From: Felis catus
Lineage: Eukaryota
Length of the DNA: 64,000 bases
Assembly (NCBI RefSeq): GCF_018350175.1
Contig: NC_058368.1
Location: forward strand, 37,450,001 to 37,514,000
Direction: 5' to 3'
Shown: piece by piece, positions 11,676-23,889 of the stretch
How positions within the stretch are numbered: position 1 is the stretch's first letter
How the letters are laid out: each line of letters starts with the position of its first letter
Translations under genes and position numbers: made by a program
The notes under the pieces: model-generated
Told to the model about the DNA's origin: nothing
Seen by the model: the letters and a program-made list of their open reading frames with translations, nothing else
The model's database searches: none

Positions 11676-13284
11676 CTACTTCATTTTTTGAAAATTAATT
11701 TCTCACCATTATGAAGATATTATTGACCTATAACATGTAAGTTTAAAGTGTACAAAGTGATGATTTGATGCATGCACATATGTACATTGTGAAATGATTA
11801 CCATGATAGGTTAGTTCATCCCTCCATCCCCTCACAGAATTACCATTTTTTTGTAGAGCTAACTTCTCTCTAGTTGCTCCTCTCTTAACAACATTCAAGT
11901 ACGTGATACTGTATTATTCATTATAGTCCCCATGCTGTACATTAGGTACCACAGCTTATTCACCTTACATCTGGCAGTCTGTACCTTTTGACCAACATCT
12001 CCCCCATGACCCCGCCCCTGACAATCACCATTCTACTCGTTCTTCCTTTGAGTTCAGCTGTTTTAGATTCCACATTAGTGAAAACAGTATTTGTCTTTTC
12101 CTGGCTTAATTTTCATTTAGCATAATACTATCGGATTTCATCCATGGTGCTGCAAAGGCAGATTTCATTCTTTTTTTTATTGCTGACTAATATTCCATTG
12201 TGTGCATATACCACATCTTCTTTATCCATTCATCCCTCATAGACACTTAGGCTATTTCCATATCTTGGCTGTTGTAAATAATGCTGCAGTGAACAAGGTG
12301 GGAAAGGGTAGACATCTTCTCCATACACTGGCCTCATTTGCTTTGGAAAAAATACGCAGAATTGGAATTACAGATCATACGGTAGTTTTTCATGTTTTGA
12401 GGAACCTCCATAGTGTTTTACCCAGCGGCTGCACCTGTTGACGTTCCCACCGTCAGTGCACAAGGGGGTGCAGCTGCCAGCAGGCACCTGGGTGAGCCTA
12501 GGGCCTGGGTTTGAGGGAGCTTGCTGTGAGCTGATGCCTGAAACAGCCTGGTGCCTCTTGAGCTGCCTGAGGGCAGGTGGACAGCGCTGCGGTGGGGGGC
12601 AGGGGGACGGCCGAGGAAGGGGCGGGCCAGAACTCACAGCTTCCTTCCAGAAACCTCTAGTAGAGTACCTGCCTGGTGGGCTAGGAGCCTCCTGGGGCTA
12701 AAGGAGTCAACAGGCACCGGGATGCCTGGGGGCCTACGTTCTCGGGAGCTCCGCCGGGAGCCTTGGTGACCCTGGTTCCGCCTGGGGTTGCCGGAGCCAC
12801 CAAGTGCCTGGGTAAGTTTGTGACCCATTCTGTCAATTGCTGAGCTTACCAGAAGCCTCCCCAAGCCTGGCAGCTGCCCTGAGCCTCTGGGGTAGGCAGA
12901 CACTGGGGTGACTGGGAGTCTAGGTTCATGGGAGCCTGCAGAGCTGCAAAGACGCCAATTGGGGCAGCTGGAGTTGGCAGCTCCAGAGCCAGAGGCCGGC
13001 GTGCACTGGAGCCTCTTAGCAGTCACCTAGGTCCCGTGGAGGGAGATGGGGGGGGGGGGGGGAGGTCTGTGTTGAAGTCAGGTGTTCGCACTATTCTCCC
13101 ACGGAGTGTCGGCGCTGGGCTGCCCAGGTGCTGTGCTTCACCAGGTGCTGTAATCCCTGCCTGTAATCCTTAGGCCTTGTGAAAATGTTTTCCTTCATTC
13201 TTGCACAGATAGGTGTTCAGATTGATGTCTGGCGGGTGGGGTGAGTCATATCAATTTTTATGCCACCATTTCACTGACGTCACC
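11676..13284 (-). mobile_element. L1 (L1MA/L1_Carn-like) with GC-rich 5'UTR fused to the ORF2 3' end and 3'UTR
   Basis: 11676-12468 is antisense L1 3'UTR/ORF2 C-terminus (aatattccattgtgtgcatataccacatcttctttatccattcatcc); 12470-13284 is GC-rich and ends in an L1-start-like ggtgacgtcagtgaaatggtggc on -; candidate degenerate TSD ggcaatgctttcaa/ggcaatctccaa. Confidence 0.75.
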
Positions 13285-13370
13285 GGCAATCTCCAAGAAG
13301 CGTTAAATTCTGTTTGAATATTGTATTACAGCTATGAAACTTTATTTTTAAAAAAATTGCAAAGTAGTCC

Positions 13371-13545
13371 TTTTTTAAATTTTTTACTCATTTTAGAGTG
13401 GGGGGAGGGACAGAGAGAGAGGAAGACAGAGGATCAGAAGCCTGCTCTGTGCTGACAGCAGAGCCCTGGGCTGGAACCCACAAACTGTGAGGTCATGACC
13501 TGAGCCCAAGTCAGATGCTCAACTGACTGAGCCACCCAGGTGCCC
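13371..13545 (-). mobile_element. Can-SINE
   Basis: Antisense body ending gccacccaggtgccc; TSD aaagtagtc. Confidence 0.9.
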
Positions 13546-14151
13546 TGAAAAGTAGTCATTTTTGAGGATCAAGATACTCAAATGTCTTTTTTTTAAAGAT
13601 TATTTAGCTACATGTAAGCAACAGATGGCCTATTTTTGGATGTTACAGTGAGAGGGAAATTCAGACCAACTTCTTTCATAATTCAAATTTGTATACTTTG
13701 TAAAGAGTTTTGAAAATTTAATGTTGTATGGAGTTGAGTTTACAGAAAAATGAGCAGGGAGTTGGTGATGCTTAACAATTCAATTTTTAATGGAAAGGGA
13801 AAATAGGGTTTGCATATGGGAAACTTACCTTAAGTCAGAGATTCTAAAACTTGGATTCCTGAATAAATGTCCAAAAATTTACAGATAACATAGAATCTGG
13901 ATGCAAACATGTTGAGGTGTTTCTCAGAGCCGTAACCTCTTAAAATGTCTGTGAAGCTTTTGAGTGAAAACCTAGGAATCATAGCTTTAGGCCACATCCT
14001 GGGTCAACCTTTCAATCTGCTGTAGTGGTAAAGACAAGTATGGATAAACTCTTCAAATTCATATGGTCAGATTGTTTAAGAACTACTTTTATAATGATTT
14101 GTCATGTTTTTTGCATTTTTCCAGTGTATCATAACAGTATTTTCCAGGGTA

Positions 14152-14381
14152 TTTTTTAAAAAAAAATTTTTTTTCAACATTTTTTAATTTACTTTTGGGA
14201 CAGAGAGAGACAGAGCATGAACGGGGGAGGGGCAGAGAGAGAGGGGGACACAGAATTGGAAACAGGCTCCAGGCTCTGAGCCATCAGCCCAGAGCCTGAC
14301 GCGGGGCTCGAACTCACAGACCGCGAGATCGTGACCTGGCTGAAGTCGGACGCTTAACCGACTGCGCCACCCAGGCGCCCC
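14152..14381 (-). mobile_element. Young feline Can-SINE (SINEC_Fc)
   Basis: Near-consensus antisense copy; TSD ttttcc(a/g)gggtatttt. Confidence 0.97.
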
Positions 14382-16236
14382 GTTTTCCGGGGTATTTTAT
14401 GGTGTTAAATTCAGGGCGGGAGATATGGGATCGGTGAAATAGGAAAGGAGAGAAATAGCTGGGTTTTTTTTGGCATAGATGGATTTTCATCTGACATGTT
14501 TTTATTTTTAAAAATCTCATTTATTTCTTGAGATTTTTTTTTTTTTTTTTTTGAAAATCCATGGCTATGACTCTGTGGTACAAAAATAGACTGGTTAATT
14601 CACTCAATTTTTACATACCGTTTTGGTATTATATAAATAATGAATATTATTTTTACACCTGCATATTAGACATTTCTTCTCAGATATTAAATAGTGAAAT
14701 TATACTTAACATATTTAAAACAAAATTCATATTTTATAATCTCTATTCCTACCTGCTCTATTACAATTAACATTCTCCTAGTCATATGTATTCTCTATCT
14801 TAGCGACTTTGTTTCTTTAGTTTTCTTTTTTCTTGGCCAAAATATCGTTAGAACGATTTTTCATATTCATACTTCTTTTCATTAATAACAGTGTCACTGC
14901 TGACTATCCTTACCTTCCCACACTCCCCGTTTCAATCACCCCAATATCCCAACAAACTAATTTTCTAAAACAAGACTTTGATCCAGTTGTATAGCCCTTT
15001 AAGATTAGTTGATAAATTTCCACTGACACTGGGCATTAATCCCAATGACTTAGTTGTACTTTAAAATATTCTGTCATCGAACTTTAACATACGTTTCTTG
15101 ATTTAGCAATTCTCTACATCAGAATTCCAGTCATTATGGAGCTACATTCTTCAACTGAAATGCCCTCAACTCCTCTGCTTACCTATTTTCTGTTCTGTCT
15201 TTGAAAGTCTATGCCAAATAGGTCTGATGACCTTAATACAAAACAGTAGTAACAAAATCAAATATCTTCCAATTCAGACAAGTAATGCGGCCTAGTTTAA
15301 GAGAATGGAATGGTGTTGGCCTCAGCAAACATGAAGAACAGGGACCTTCCCCAGCTCCACCAAAAATGTTCAATTCAATAAGAACAAACCCAGCTGAACC
15401 ACAATAAAACAGAAATACTGCTTTGGCTAAACAAAACTCATTAACAAGGATGGGTTTGGCTCCCAGAAGCAGTAGAAAGCTATTTCCAGCTTTCATGGTA
15501 TGGCCTTACTTGTCTTAAAGTTGCAGTGATGTTTATATGGTGCCTGTCAAAGATGTGTTTTGTCCTTAAGAATGGAAAAGATGTACAGATTTTGGAAAGC
15601 AATGGGTAACATTTGCTTTGTCTCTTATTTGTTTTTAGGATTAGTTTAGCACACCATATAAAGCAATATGGGTGTAAATAGACAACTGTGTTGATGGAGT
15701 TTTCCAAAGATTGTATTTTAAAGATAAATTAGCTTGAAAATTAATTCTTACAAGTGTGTATGGAGGTTAATTATTTTTCTCCCATGAATACATGCACACA
15801 CATAAATATACTAATTTATTGCTTTTGTTTTAAAATATACACATTTATTCTTATTTTCATATCTGTCTTGGATTAGTGCATGGTCAGTTTTGGAAAGAAA
15901 ACATCTTGGCCATATCACTTCAATCACTAGTTTTTGACTTTGGACCAATGCCTGAGAACTTCTGCCAAATATTTTCCTCTTTCTATCTTGTACAATAGTA
16001 GGAGAGTTCTCTCATTTTCAACAATATACAAGATATCAAAATCTTAACTTCTTGGTCCAGCAAATACTTGCTCCTGAAAAATCTGTGGACCTACTACAGT
16101 AGTTTGTTCAATAAGAAATCTTAAGGTGCGAAGTTTGACTTTGCACAGAAAATGTTAACAAAAATCTGAGGTTTGGACCTCTCTAAACTACAACAATCTG
16201 TATCGTGAGACTGTAGTTTAAAACGTAAGCAAATTT

Positions 16237-16393
16237 GGGGTGCCTGGGTGGCTCAGTCGGTTAAGTATCTGACTTTGGCTCAAGTCATGATCTCGCAATT
16301 CATGAGTTCCATCCCCACATTGGGCTCTGTGCTGACAGAGCAGAGCCTGCTTGGGATTCATTTCCCCCCTTTCTCTCTGCCCCTCCTCTGCTT

Positions 16394-16431
<38 letters not shown>

Positions 16432-16450
16432 AAAAGATAAACTAAAAAAA
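16237..16450 (+). mobile_element. Can-SINE
   Basis: ggggtgcctgggtggctcagtcggttaag head, long (CT)n, A tail. Confidence 0.93.
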
Positions 16451-16490
16451 GAAAAGAGAATGCTCCTTCTAAGAGCTAGTTTTAGGTTTA

Positions 16491-16696
16491 TTTTTTAAAT
16501 TTTTTTAAAAATGTTTACTTATTTTTGAGAAGGAGAGAGAGAGCAGGGGAGGGGCAGAAAGAGAGGGAAACACAGAATCTGAAGCAGGCTCCAGGCTGTC
16601 AGCACAGACCCCGATGCAGGGCTCGAACTCATGAGGCATGAGATCATGACCTGAGCCTAAGTCGGATGCTTAACCAACTGAGCCACCCAGGTACCC
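16491..16696 (-). mobile_element. Can-SINE
   Basis: Antisense copy; exact 15-bp TSD ctagttttaggttta. Confidence 0.95.
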
Positions 16697-19600
16697 CTAG
16701 TTTTAGGTTTAAATAAACCAATAGGAAGCAAGCTCCAACTTAGACCAAATGCAATAGAAGAATCAGGCTCTGTCCTAATAGATAGTAATGTGTTTGTCAA
16801 AAATCTCTCTAAAAGTACCAGACCTTTGCTTGGACATGGGACTGCTTTTGTGCTCATTTTGGGTGTTCAACTATTGCCCTGCTTTTGTGCTCATTTTTTC
16901 TGCTCAAATATAGCTCCACTCCATTACTACCTCTTAAAAATAAAAGCAATTGCAAATGGAAGGTACATCAGCAGTAAGTTCTGGTCCAGCAGGGGTATAT
17001 AACCTCACATCTCCTGCACTGTTTTCATCAAAGGAAAATAACCAGGTTGCCTTGTAAAAAGCATGGCCATTCATAGCTTAAACTGCTTCTCTTTTGTCTT
17101 CTGCTTCCAGTTAAACTGGCCTCTCTCCATTTTGTATTTTTCATGCTGGAATGAGTGTTAAAATAACTCCGTTTGATTAAACAATATGAATGATTTAGGG
17201 AAGAGTGAAGTAATTCTTCCCTTTTACTCAGGTATCTCTTGCTTGCTCAAGAGCTAGTTTTAGGTTTAAATAAACCAATAGGAAGCAAGCCATTTTAAGG
17301 TGCTGCCACCTACTTACTAGGTGAGTTACTAAGTAGACCACATTATTTGTGCATATTCCTAATCATGAATCCATCCATTACCTTATTTATTCATCATCTA
17401 TTTCTAATTTACTCAGTGAGCTAACTAGGTACCATGCTATGTTTTCACAGGTCTAGATTTTATTGTCACACTCAGGATATTTTTCTATAAAACATTAATA
17501 TCCTATTCAACCTGGTTTGGGAAGGTGGCATTTTCTTGGGCTTTCCAGTACAGTTCCTGGAGATACTTATTTTAAAGATTAATATTTTGTACATACGCTC
17601 ACAAATTCCTTCCCAAACAGAGAGTGGGCATATTGACTCTTAAAGAAATGAATCCATTCCACAAAAACCAGACCTCCTTGTTAGGCATTGGCTTACTGTT
17701 GAGCTAGATTTTCTCCCCATTCCACATTCAACCGAGAGTCATTTTGTGTGAAAATAAACTAAATGATAAATCAGTTATGCTCTGCATAGTACTTTTTGTG
17801 CTTTTCCTGTGAAAATTACTCCCAAATCATGATGACTCATAAAAAGGGCCCTGAGGTACACATGGTACAGTGTTAAAACAACTATTTCTGGATTCACTCT
17901 GGTAACAAAGATCAAAAATGGGGAAACAACACCAATTATTCTGCCAGACCTGACAGGTGCTCGTTTTGAAATTCAGAACTTGATTTTGTTACACAAAGAG
18001 AAAAGCTGAGTTTGTATAGGGATTATAATAATAATTCACAGGAAAGTGGAAGGATTAATAATGCAACTACTGCTAGTAGTTATTATAAAGCTTCTGGAAG
18101 GTTGGCTCTGCGTTAAAAACAATAGTAATCCAAATGTATCATTCAGAGCAATATAAATCACAGTGGGGTGGTTTGATTTTATTTAGAAATTTGCATCCCA
18201 TATTTCACCTAAATTCTAGAAAATCTTTTAATGTAGTGTTTTAAAAAATTGAGAGTTCTTGTATCTTCCAACCTGAATTTATCATGGACACTCAAATCTC
18301 CTAATACCTAATCTTTGCTACTGTAAACAGCATATTCTCTTTCTCATTTTGATACTATAAAAGTGGAAAGTAAATGTATAAAAGAATTACATTTTCCAAG
18401 AGCTGTTAAGATACTTTTCTTTGTTCCAAATAGAAGAAAAATTCTTAAGTGGTTATTTATTCTATCCTTCACAGTTTTCAGATATTGGAAGAAATATTTG
18501 AAAGAAAAGCAAGAGGGAATTCTGAAACATCTCTGGCATAAATTCAATTCTGCTGTAGATAAATTTCACATTACTCGAGAGTCGTCATTTTGAAGCTTTC
18601 ATAGATTTACATATTCACAAAGTAAAAGTCAACCCAGTCTGAGTATCACCCATTTTGCCTCTTTGAATCTATATTTGAAAAAAAAATCCTTTAGTTATGT
18701 TTTTGAAAAACATCATTAATACAGATGGTACTTACACTTGTGGTGAGCCTAGCATAAATATATAAACTTGTCTAATCACAGTGTTGTACACCTGAAACTA
18801 ATTTAACATTGTCAACTAAAAATAAAATAAATCATTGATAGTCATTAAATCAGAATTCCAACTGGTAAAAATAATTTTACCTAGTACAAGTGATATCAGG
18901 TAAGAAATACATATCATATCATATAAGTATTTAGCTGCTAACACAAAATTTAATATTGTATGCTTTCAATAAACAAAACTCAGACCATATCCTATTAGTA
19001 ATTCAACAAGTTGGTATGTTGAATTCAACTCACAGTAGTCCATTTAGTAAATAATATTGTTCTACTAATTGCAGATACTTAAGGCAAAAATATCCCCCTC
19101 TTACCAAAAAAGACTGAGTTTATTGAAACTTGTAATTTATAATATCATACATACATTATTAATATTTTGTGGCATTTACAGATAGAGACTGCTTTTGTTT
19201 TTGAAACTCTTCAGAAGAGTTCTAGAAATGACTAAAATTCCTGTTGTGGAAATATGGAAATAAAATAAATATATGTCAATTTGGCAAATGAAATATAATT
19301 CATTGCATGTATAAAATCTATTACCAAATAATATATTCTATTTAACAGATGTCTTTCTAAAATTGTAATGCTCAAGGGGTTCACATTTCTGCTGATACAG
19401 CCCATGCTTTGGCACAGGAGTTGGTAGGGGGATGAAGGAATCAACATGTTGAGGACAGAACACCAAGAGAACATGAGAGAGAATTCTTTGACAATATGAG
19501 GGAGGGAGCGAATGTTTATAGCTTGTGCAGAAGTAGTTATTAGGTGAGGCATCAGTACTGACAGTTGTAGTGAATCTATTGTAAAACCCCCTTCAGTGTT

Positions 19601-19859
19601 TATGGAAGAATTTAGATTAAATATTGGATATTCTTGTTCGGCCTCAGATTCTTTAAAAGCAGCGCTGATTTGGGACTGAACTGTGCAGTATTTCATCCTT
19701 TAGTAAAGGTGATCACCATAGAGTGTTCTCATTATTGTCTTGTCAAGGCAGTGCACTGACTTGCGTTTGGAGCTAAAACTTTGTCAAGGTGTGTTTATTT
19801 GTTGAGGTCAAATGGAGGGGGGTTGTAAGACAGTTATTTTTCTATATTCTGAGATCTTT

Positions 19860-20180
19860 CTGTGTTAGAATAACAACAACTACATAAATAACCCTAAAAT
19901 TTCAGAATCTTCAAACAATGAGCATTCATTTCTTATTCTTGGAGAAGCACAATTCAGTATCTCCTGCCAGGCTGAGTTGAACTGCCGCTTGTCATCCTGT
20001 GCTTGGCTATCCTGTGACACAGTTCAAAGCATGGGCTCTTTCTATTTTTTTGGTTTTGTTGTCTACTGTGATCTTGGAGTCTCCTGCTTCTACATAGGTG
20101 ACAAGGCAGGAGGCGATGGAAGGAATCTACTTCTTAGAAAATTGGACCTGAAGTGCTACACCGCTTCCATCATGTTCTGT
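19860..20180 (-). mobile_element. MaLR LTR fragment (MLT1-like)
   Basis: aaataaccctaaaatttcagaatcttcaaacaatgagcattcatttctta...ccgcttccatcatgttctgtt. Confidence 0.5.
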
Positions 20181-20189
20181 TAAGAAATA

Positions 20190-20393
20190 GAGGCACCCGG
20201 GTGGCTAGTCCATTAAGCATCTTACTCTTGATTTCGGCTCAGGTCATGGTGTCACAGTTTGCGAGGTCAAGCCTCGCATTGGGCTCCACAATGACAGCAT
20301 GGAGCCTGCTTGGGATTCTCTCTCTCCCTCCCTTTCTGTCCCTTCCCTACTCACTCACTCTCTCTCCCTCAAAATAAATAAACTTTAAAAAAA
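20190..20393 (+). mobile_element. Can-SINE
   Basis: ggcacccgggtggctagtccattaagc head and aaaataaataaac tail. Confidence 0.88.
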
Positions 20394-20577
20394 GTTATAT
20401 GGTCCTACCAGGATAAAAGGGAGACTCAGATTCACAATCCCAATTTTTGGAAGCAATTTGTGGAGAAGACTTGTCCACATGCAGCACAGTGACATTGGCT
20501 GCTTCTACTTTGATGAGACTTTTAAATGTAAATGTATTGTGATGATCTAAGTTTAGCTGTTTTAATACACCTTCATG

Positions 20578-20629
20578 AGGGTGCCATCTCAGGGTGGTGA
20601 GTTCAAAGCCCCACGTTGGGCATGGTGCC

Positions 20630-20680
<51 letters not shown>
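20578..20680 (+). mobile_element. Short internally deleted Can-SINE with (CA)n tail
   Basis: gggtgcc..atctcagggtggtgagttcaaagccccacgttgggc then (CA)~23; TSD ccttcatga. Confidence 0.7.
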
Positions 20681-20827
20681 CTTCATGAATCTAGTATCAG
20701 GGTCCAGAAGGAAATTTGATTTTCTCTCTTAGACGTGGACCTGAATAGTTTTGAACCAAATCAGTCTCTGGTGGAAGGGTCGTGGGGGGAGCTCTTGAGT
20801 CTTCCAGAAATTCTGCCAGAAACACTC

Positions 20828-21053
20828 TTTTTTTTTTTAATTTTTTTTTTCAACGTTTATTTATTTTTGGGACAGAGAGAGACAGAGCATGAATGGGGGA
20901 GGGGCAGAGAGAGAGGGAGACACAGAATCAGAAACAGGCTCCAGGCTCTGAGCCATCAGCCCAGAGCCCAACACGGGGCTGGAACTCACGGACCGCGAGA
21001 TCGTGACCTGGCTGAAGTTGGAGGCTTAACCGACAGCACCACCCAGGTGCCCC
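20828..21053 (-). mobile_element. Feline Can-SINE (SINEC_Fc)
   Basis: Antisense copy; TSD agaaacactctt. Confidence 0.95.
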
Positions 21054-21157
21054 TAGAAACACTCTTAAGTGCTATTTTCTTCATTGTTTACATGAAAATT
21101 GTATTTTATTCATTTAATTTTGCCTGTCCTCCAAGCCCTAATGCATTTCTCAAGTGG

Positions 21158-21361
21158 ATTTTGTTGTTGTTTTTAATAAGTTTATTTATTTATTTTGAGA
21201 GAAAGTTGGGGAGGGGCACAGAGAGAGGGTGAGAGAGAGAATCCCAAGCAGGCTTTCCAGTGTCAGTGTGGAGCCCTACTCAGGACTCGAAGTCAGGATC
21301 CATGAGATCATGACCTCAGCCAAAATCAGAAGCTTAACCGACTCAGCCACCCAGGTGCTCC
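21158..21361 (-). mobile_element. Can-SINE
   Basis: Antisense copy; TSD ctcaagtgga. Confidence 0.9.
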
Positions 21362-21429
21362 TCAAGTGGAAATAGTTTTATTAGAGAGATTTAAATTCAA
21401 ATACAAATTTATTTAGTATCTAGAATGTT

Positions 21430-21960
21430 CCTTGTTTCAGAGGTCTTCAAGACCATTTCATGGTTAGTGATTCACTAGATGGACTCAGAACTAAGGTGTA
21501 TTTTAGTGAAAAGATATATGACAGTGTTAACAAGAAGAAAAGACATAGGACAGACAGGATCTGTAGCAATCCACATACAGGTTTTCTTCTTTTTTCTTCT
21601 TCCTCTGATGGGGCAAATTAAGTATGACCCTTTCTTCAGCAGTGAAATAATAAAATAAAATGTGCGCAATATTTCTTACCACATAAGCTCATTAGCGATT
21701 GAGCACCCAAGATTTTATTGTGCTGATCACATAGGTATTCTGTCCCTTGTATGTTCAAAATTCCAGATTCCAAGAAGGAAAACAGGAGTTTACCATAAAT
21801 CGCATTTTCTTTTTGTATAGTCTACACACAGTGATTTACCTTTAATCAGGGAACAGTCAAAAGCTAAGTTCCCAGGTACCAGACAAGGGCCAACCTTATA
21901 AGCAAACCCTTCTAAAAATAGCCGTTTCACATCTGCAGTGTTAACTCTTTCTGAACACTC
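21430..21960. mobile_element. Old ERVL-class LTR (MER21/MER77-like)
   Basis: gattcactagatggactcag..., caaaattccagattccaagaaggaaaacaggagtttaccataaat, aagttcccaggtaccagacaagggccaacctt resemble the recalled MER21 family. Confidence 0.65.
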
Positions 21961-22253
21961 ACTAAAATGTTAATATGTTTTATCTCATTAAGGCCCCATA
22001 ATGATTCTCTTCAGTTGAGACAATTTGTGTAAAAGGAAGGAAACTTGAGATAAAGGAAACTGTTATGTTTTGAGTCCCATGTACGTATCAGAGCCTTGAC
22101 TAAGAAATTTAAATACATTAACTCAGAGAAGTTAAGAATTTTGCCTATGGCCACATGGCTAGTAAGAGGGGAGCTGAAACAAAACTAGGACTGCATGATT
22201 TTGGACTATACCTCTGTGCCTTTTTTCAAAGTACTTAGAGAAAGCCCTATATC

Positions 22254-22500
22254 TGCACTGTCCAGTATAAGCCAGGGACCACATTTGACTATGAAACACT
22301 TGAAGTATGGCTAGTCCCAGTTGAGATGTTCTATGAGTGTATATACACACCAGATTTTGAAACCTTAGCTTTGGAAAAAAAAGAGTGTAATATATCCCAT
22401 TAATACTTTTAAAATATTTTGGTATTGAATACACTTGGAAATAACATTTTGGCTATGTGAGTTTAAATAAACCACATTATTAAAATGGATTTTATCTGGT

Positions 22501-22536
<36 letters not shown>

Positions 22537-22590
22537 TTGAATGTGGCTAGTAAAAAATCTCACATTATATTTCTTTTGGATAACACTGGT
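22254..22590. mobile_element. hAT-Charlie remnant (MER33-like) containing (TTTC)n
   Basis: gcactgtccagta...cacttgaagtatggctagtcccagttgagatg...ttggataacactg termini. Confidence 0.7.
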
Positions 22591-22592
22591 TC

Positions 22593-23159
22593 TGTCAGGC
22601 TGAAATCCTTTGTGTGATCTTTAAGGCCAAACCATGGGCAAATACAAGGTTTTACCTGTCAGGCCTCATGGTAGAAGCTGTCATCCTCTCTCTGAACTCG
22701 GTGCTCAGCCAGTGCATTGAAGTCTTTGGAGGAAGTTGTATTCAAGTTCTCAGCCCCTTCTCCACCGTAGGCCAACCATTCTCTTGCACATATCGGCATT
22801 ACTAGCTCAGACACCTGCAGTTTAAGGCTTTCTTATTGGGGGCAGGGAGCTTTGTTGATGTACTTTTCAGGCCCCTCCACTGAGACATCCTTTTCTGGGA
22901 CTTTAACTAAGCTGACTCCTATTTTTCCACTCTTAGTCTTTTCTCTTTCCCATCCCGAAATGCTCTGGGTCCTCACTGCACATCACCTGATCCTCACTGA
23001 TCCCAACCTGTGGGGAAAATGTAATAGGGAGAAGCCAGTACTATATTCTTTTTTGGCCTCTTGCTTATACTATTTCAATTGGTGAATAAAGGCTTGATTA
23101 TTATTTTCAGTTTAGGTCATTGTCCTAATTGACCACTTAAATGCCTGGCAGCTCTTACA
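22593..23159 (+). mobile_element. Possible old LTR
   Basis: Starts TGTCAGG, AATAAA at ~23085, ends ...CTTACA; family not recognised. Confidence 0.35.
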
Positions 23160-23199
23160 AGCCCTCAATAAATATTAGGTCTTCTTTGTGAAAGCTGTA

Positions 23200-23218
23200 G
23201 TTTTAAAGTTTGTTTGCT

Positions 23219-23274
<56 letters not shown>

Positions 23275-23428
23275 TTGGAGAGGAATGGGGGTGGGGAGAG
23301 AATCCCAAGCAGGCTCTGCACTGTCAGCATGGAGCCTGACCTGGGGATTGAACTCACAAACCATGAGATCGTCACTTGAGCTGAAATCAAGAGTTGGATG
23401 CTTAGCTGACTGAGCCACCCAGGTGCCC
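23200..23428 (-). mobile_element. Can-SINE
   Basis: Long (GA)n, antisense head ending aggtgcccc; TSD aa(g/a)ctgta(g/a)tttta. Confidence 0.92.
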
Positions 23429-23889
23429 CAAACTGTAATTTTATGTGAAAAACCTTTGGGATTAGAAAAGTCGAAACACCCTTCTTGTGGGCTTTTATAT
23501 CACAATTCTGAATATCAATATCTAGATCATTTCACAGTGTTCTTTGTCTTGATTTTCTGCCTTCTCCAAAAGTAAAGCCACTTAAAAATACCAGCTGGTT
23601 CTTGACTTGGTTTTCTGTCGTGACACATAGCATGTGGCCTTTTACATAGGATGGTCTCAAATGTTTCTCAATTAAATGAAATGTCTTTGTCTAAAATAAT
23701 ACAGGTAGTAAGTGATTCATAAATGCTGATTTTCTGATATCAATTTTAAGGCTTTTGCTGCTATGATGGCTACCTATATACTTTTGTTTTTTGTTTCTTG
23801 GGGTTTTGTTTTTGTTTAATGGCATGTGGAGGGTCCACAAAGAACAGATAGGGATGTGCAATTCTGGCAGATAGAATTTTTAATTCCTT

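Noticed and set aside
12368..13173. GC-rich island with several overlapping 70-130 aa ORFs, suggesting a gene promoter or first exon
   Set aside because: Better explained as an L1 5'UTR; the ORFs reflect high GC content and resemble no protein
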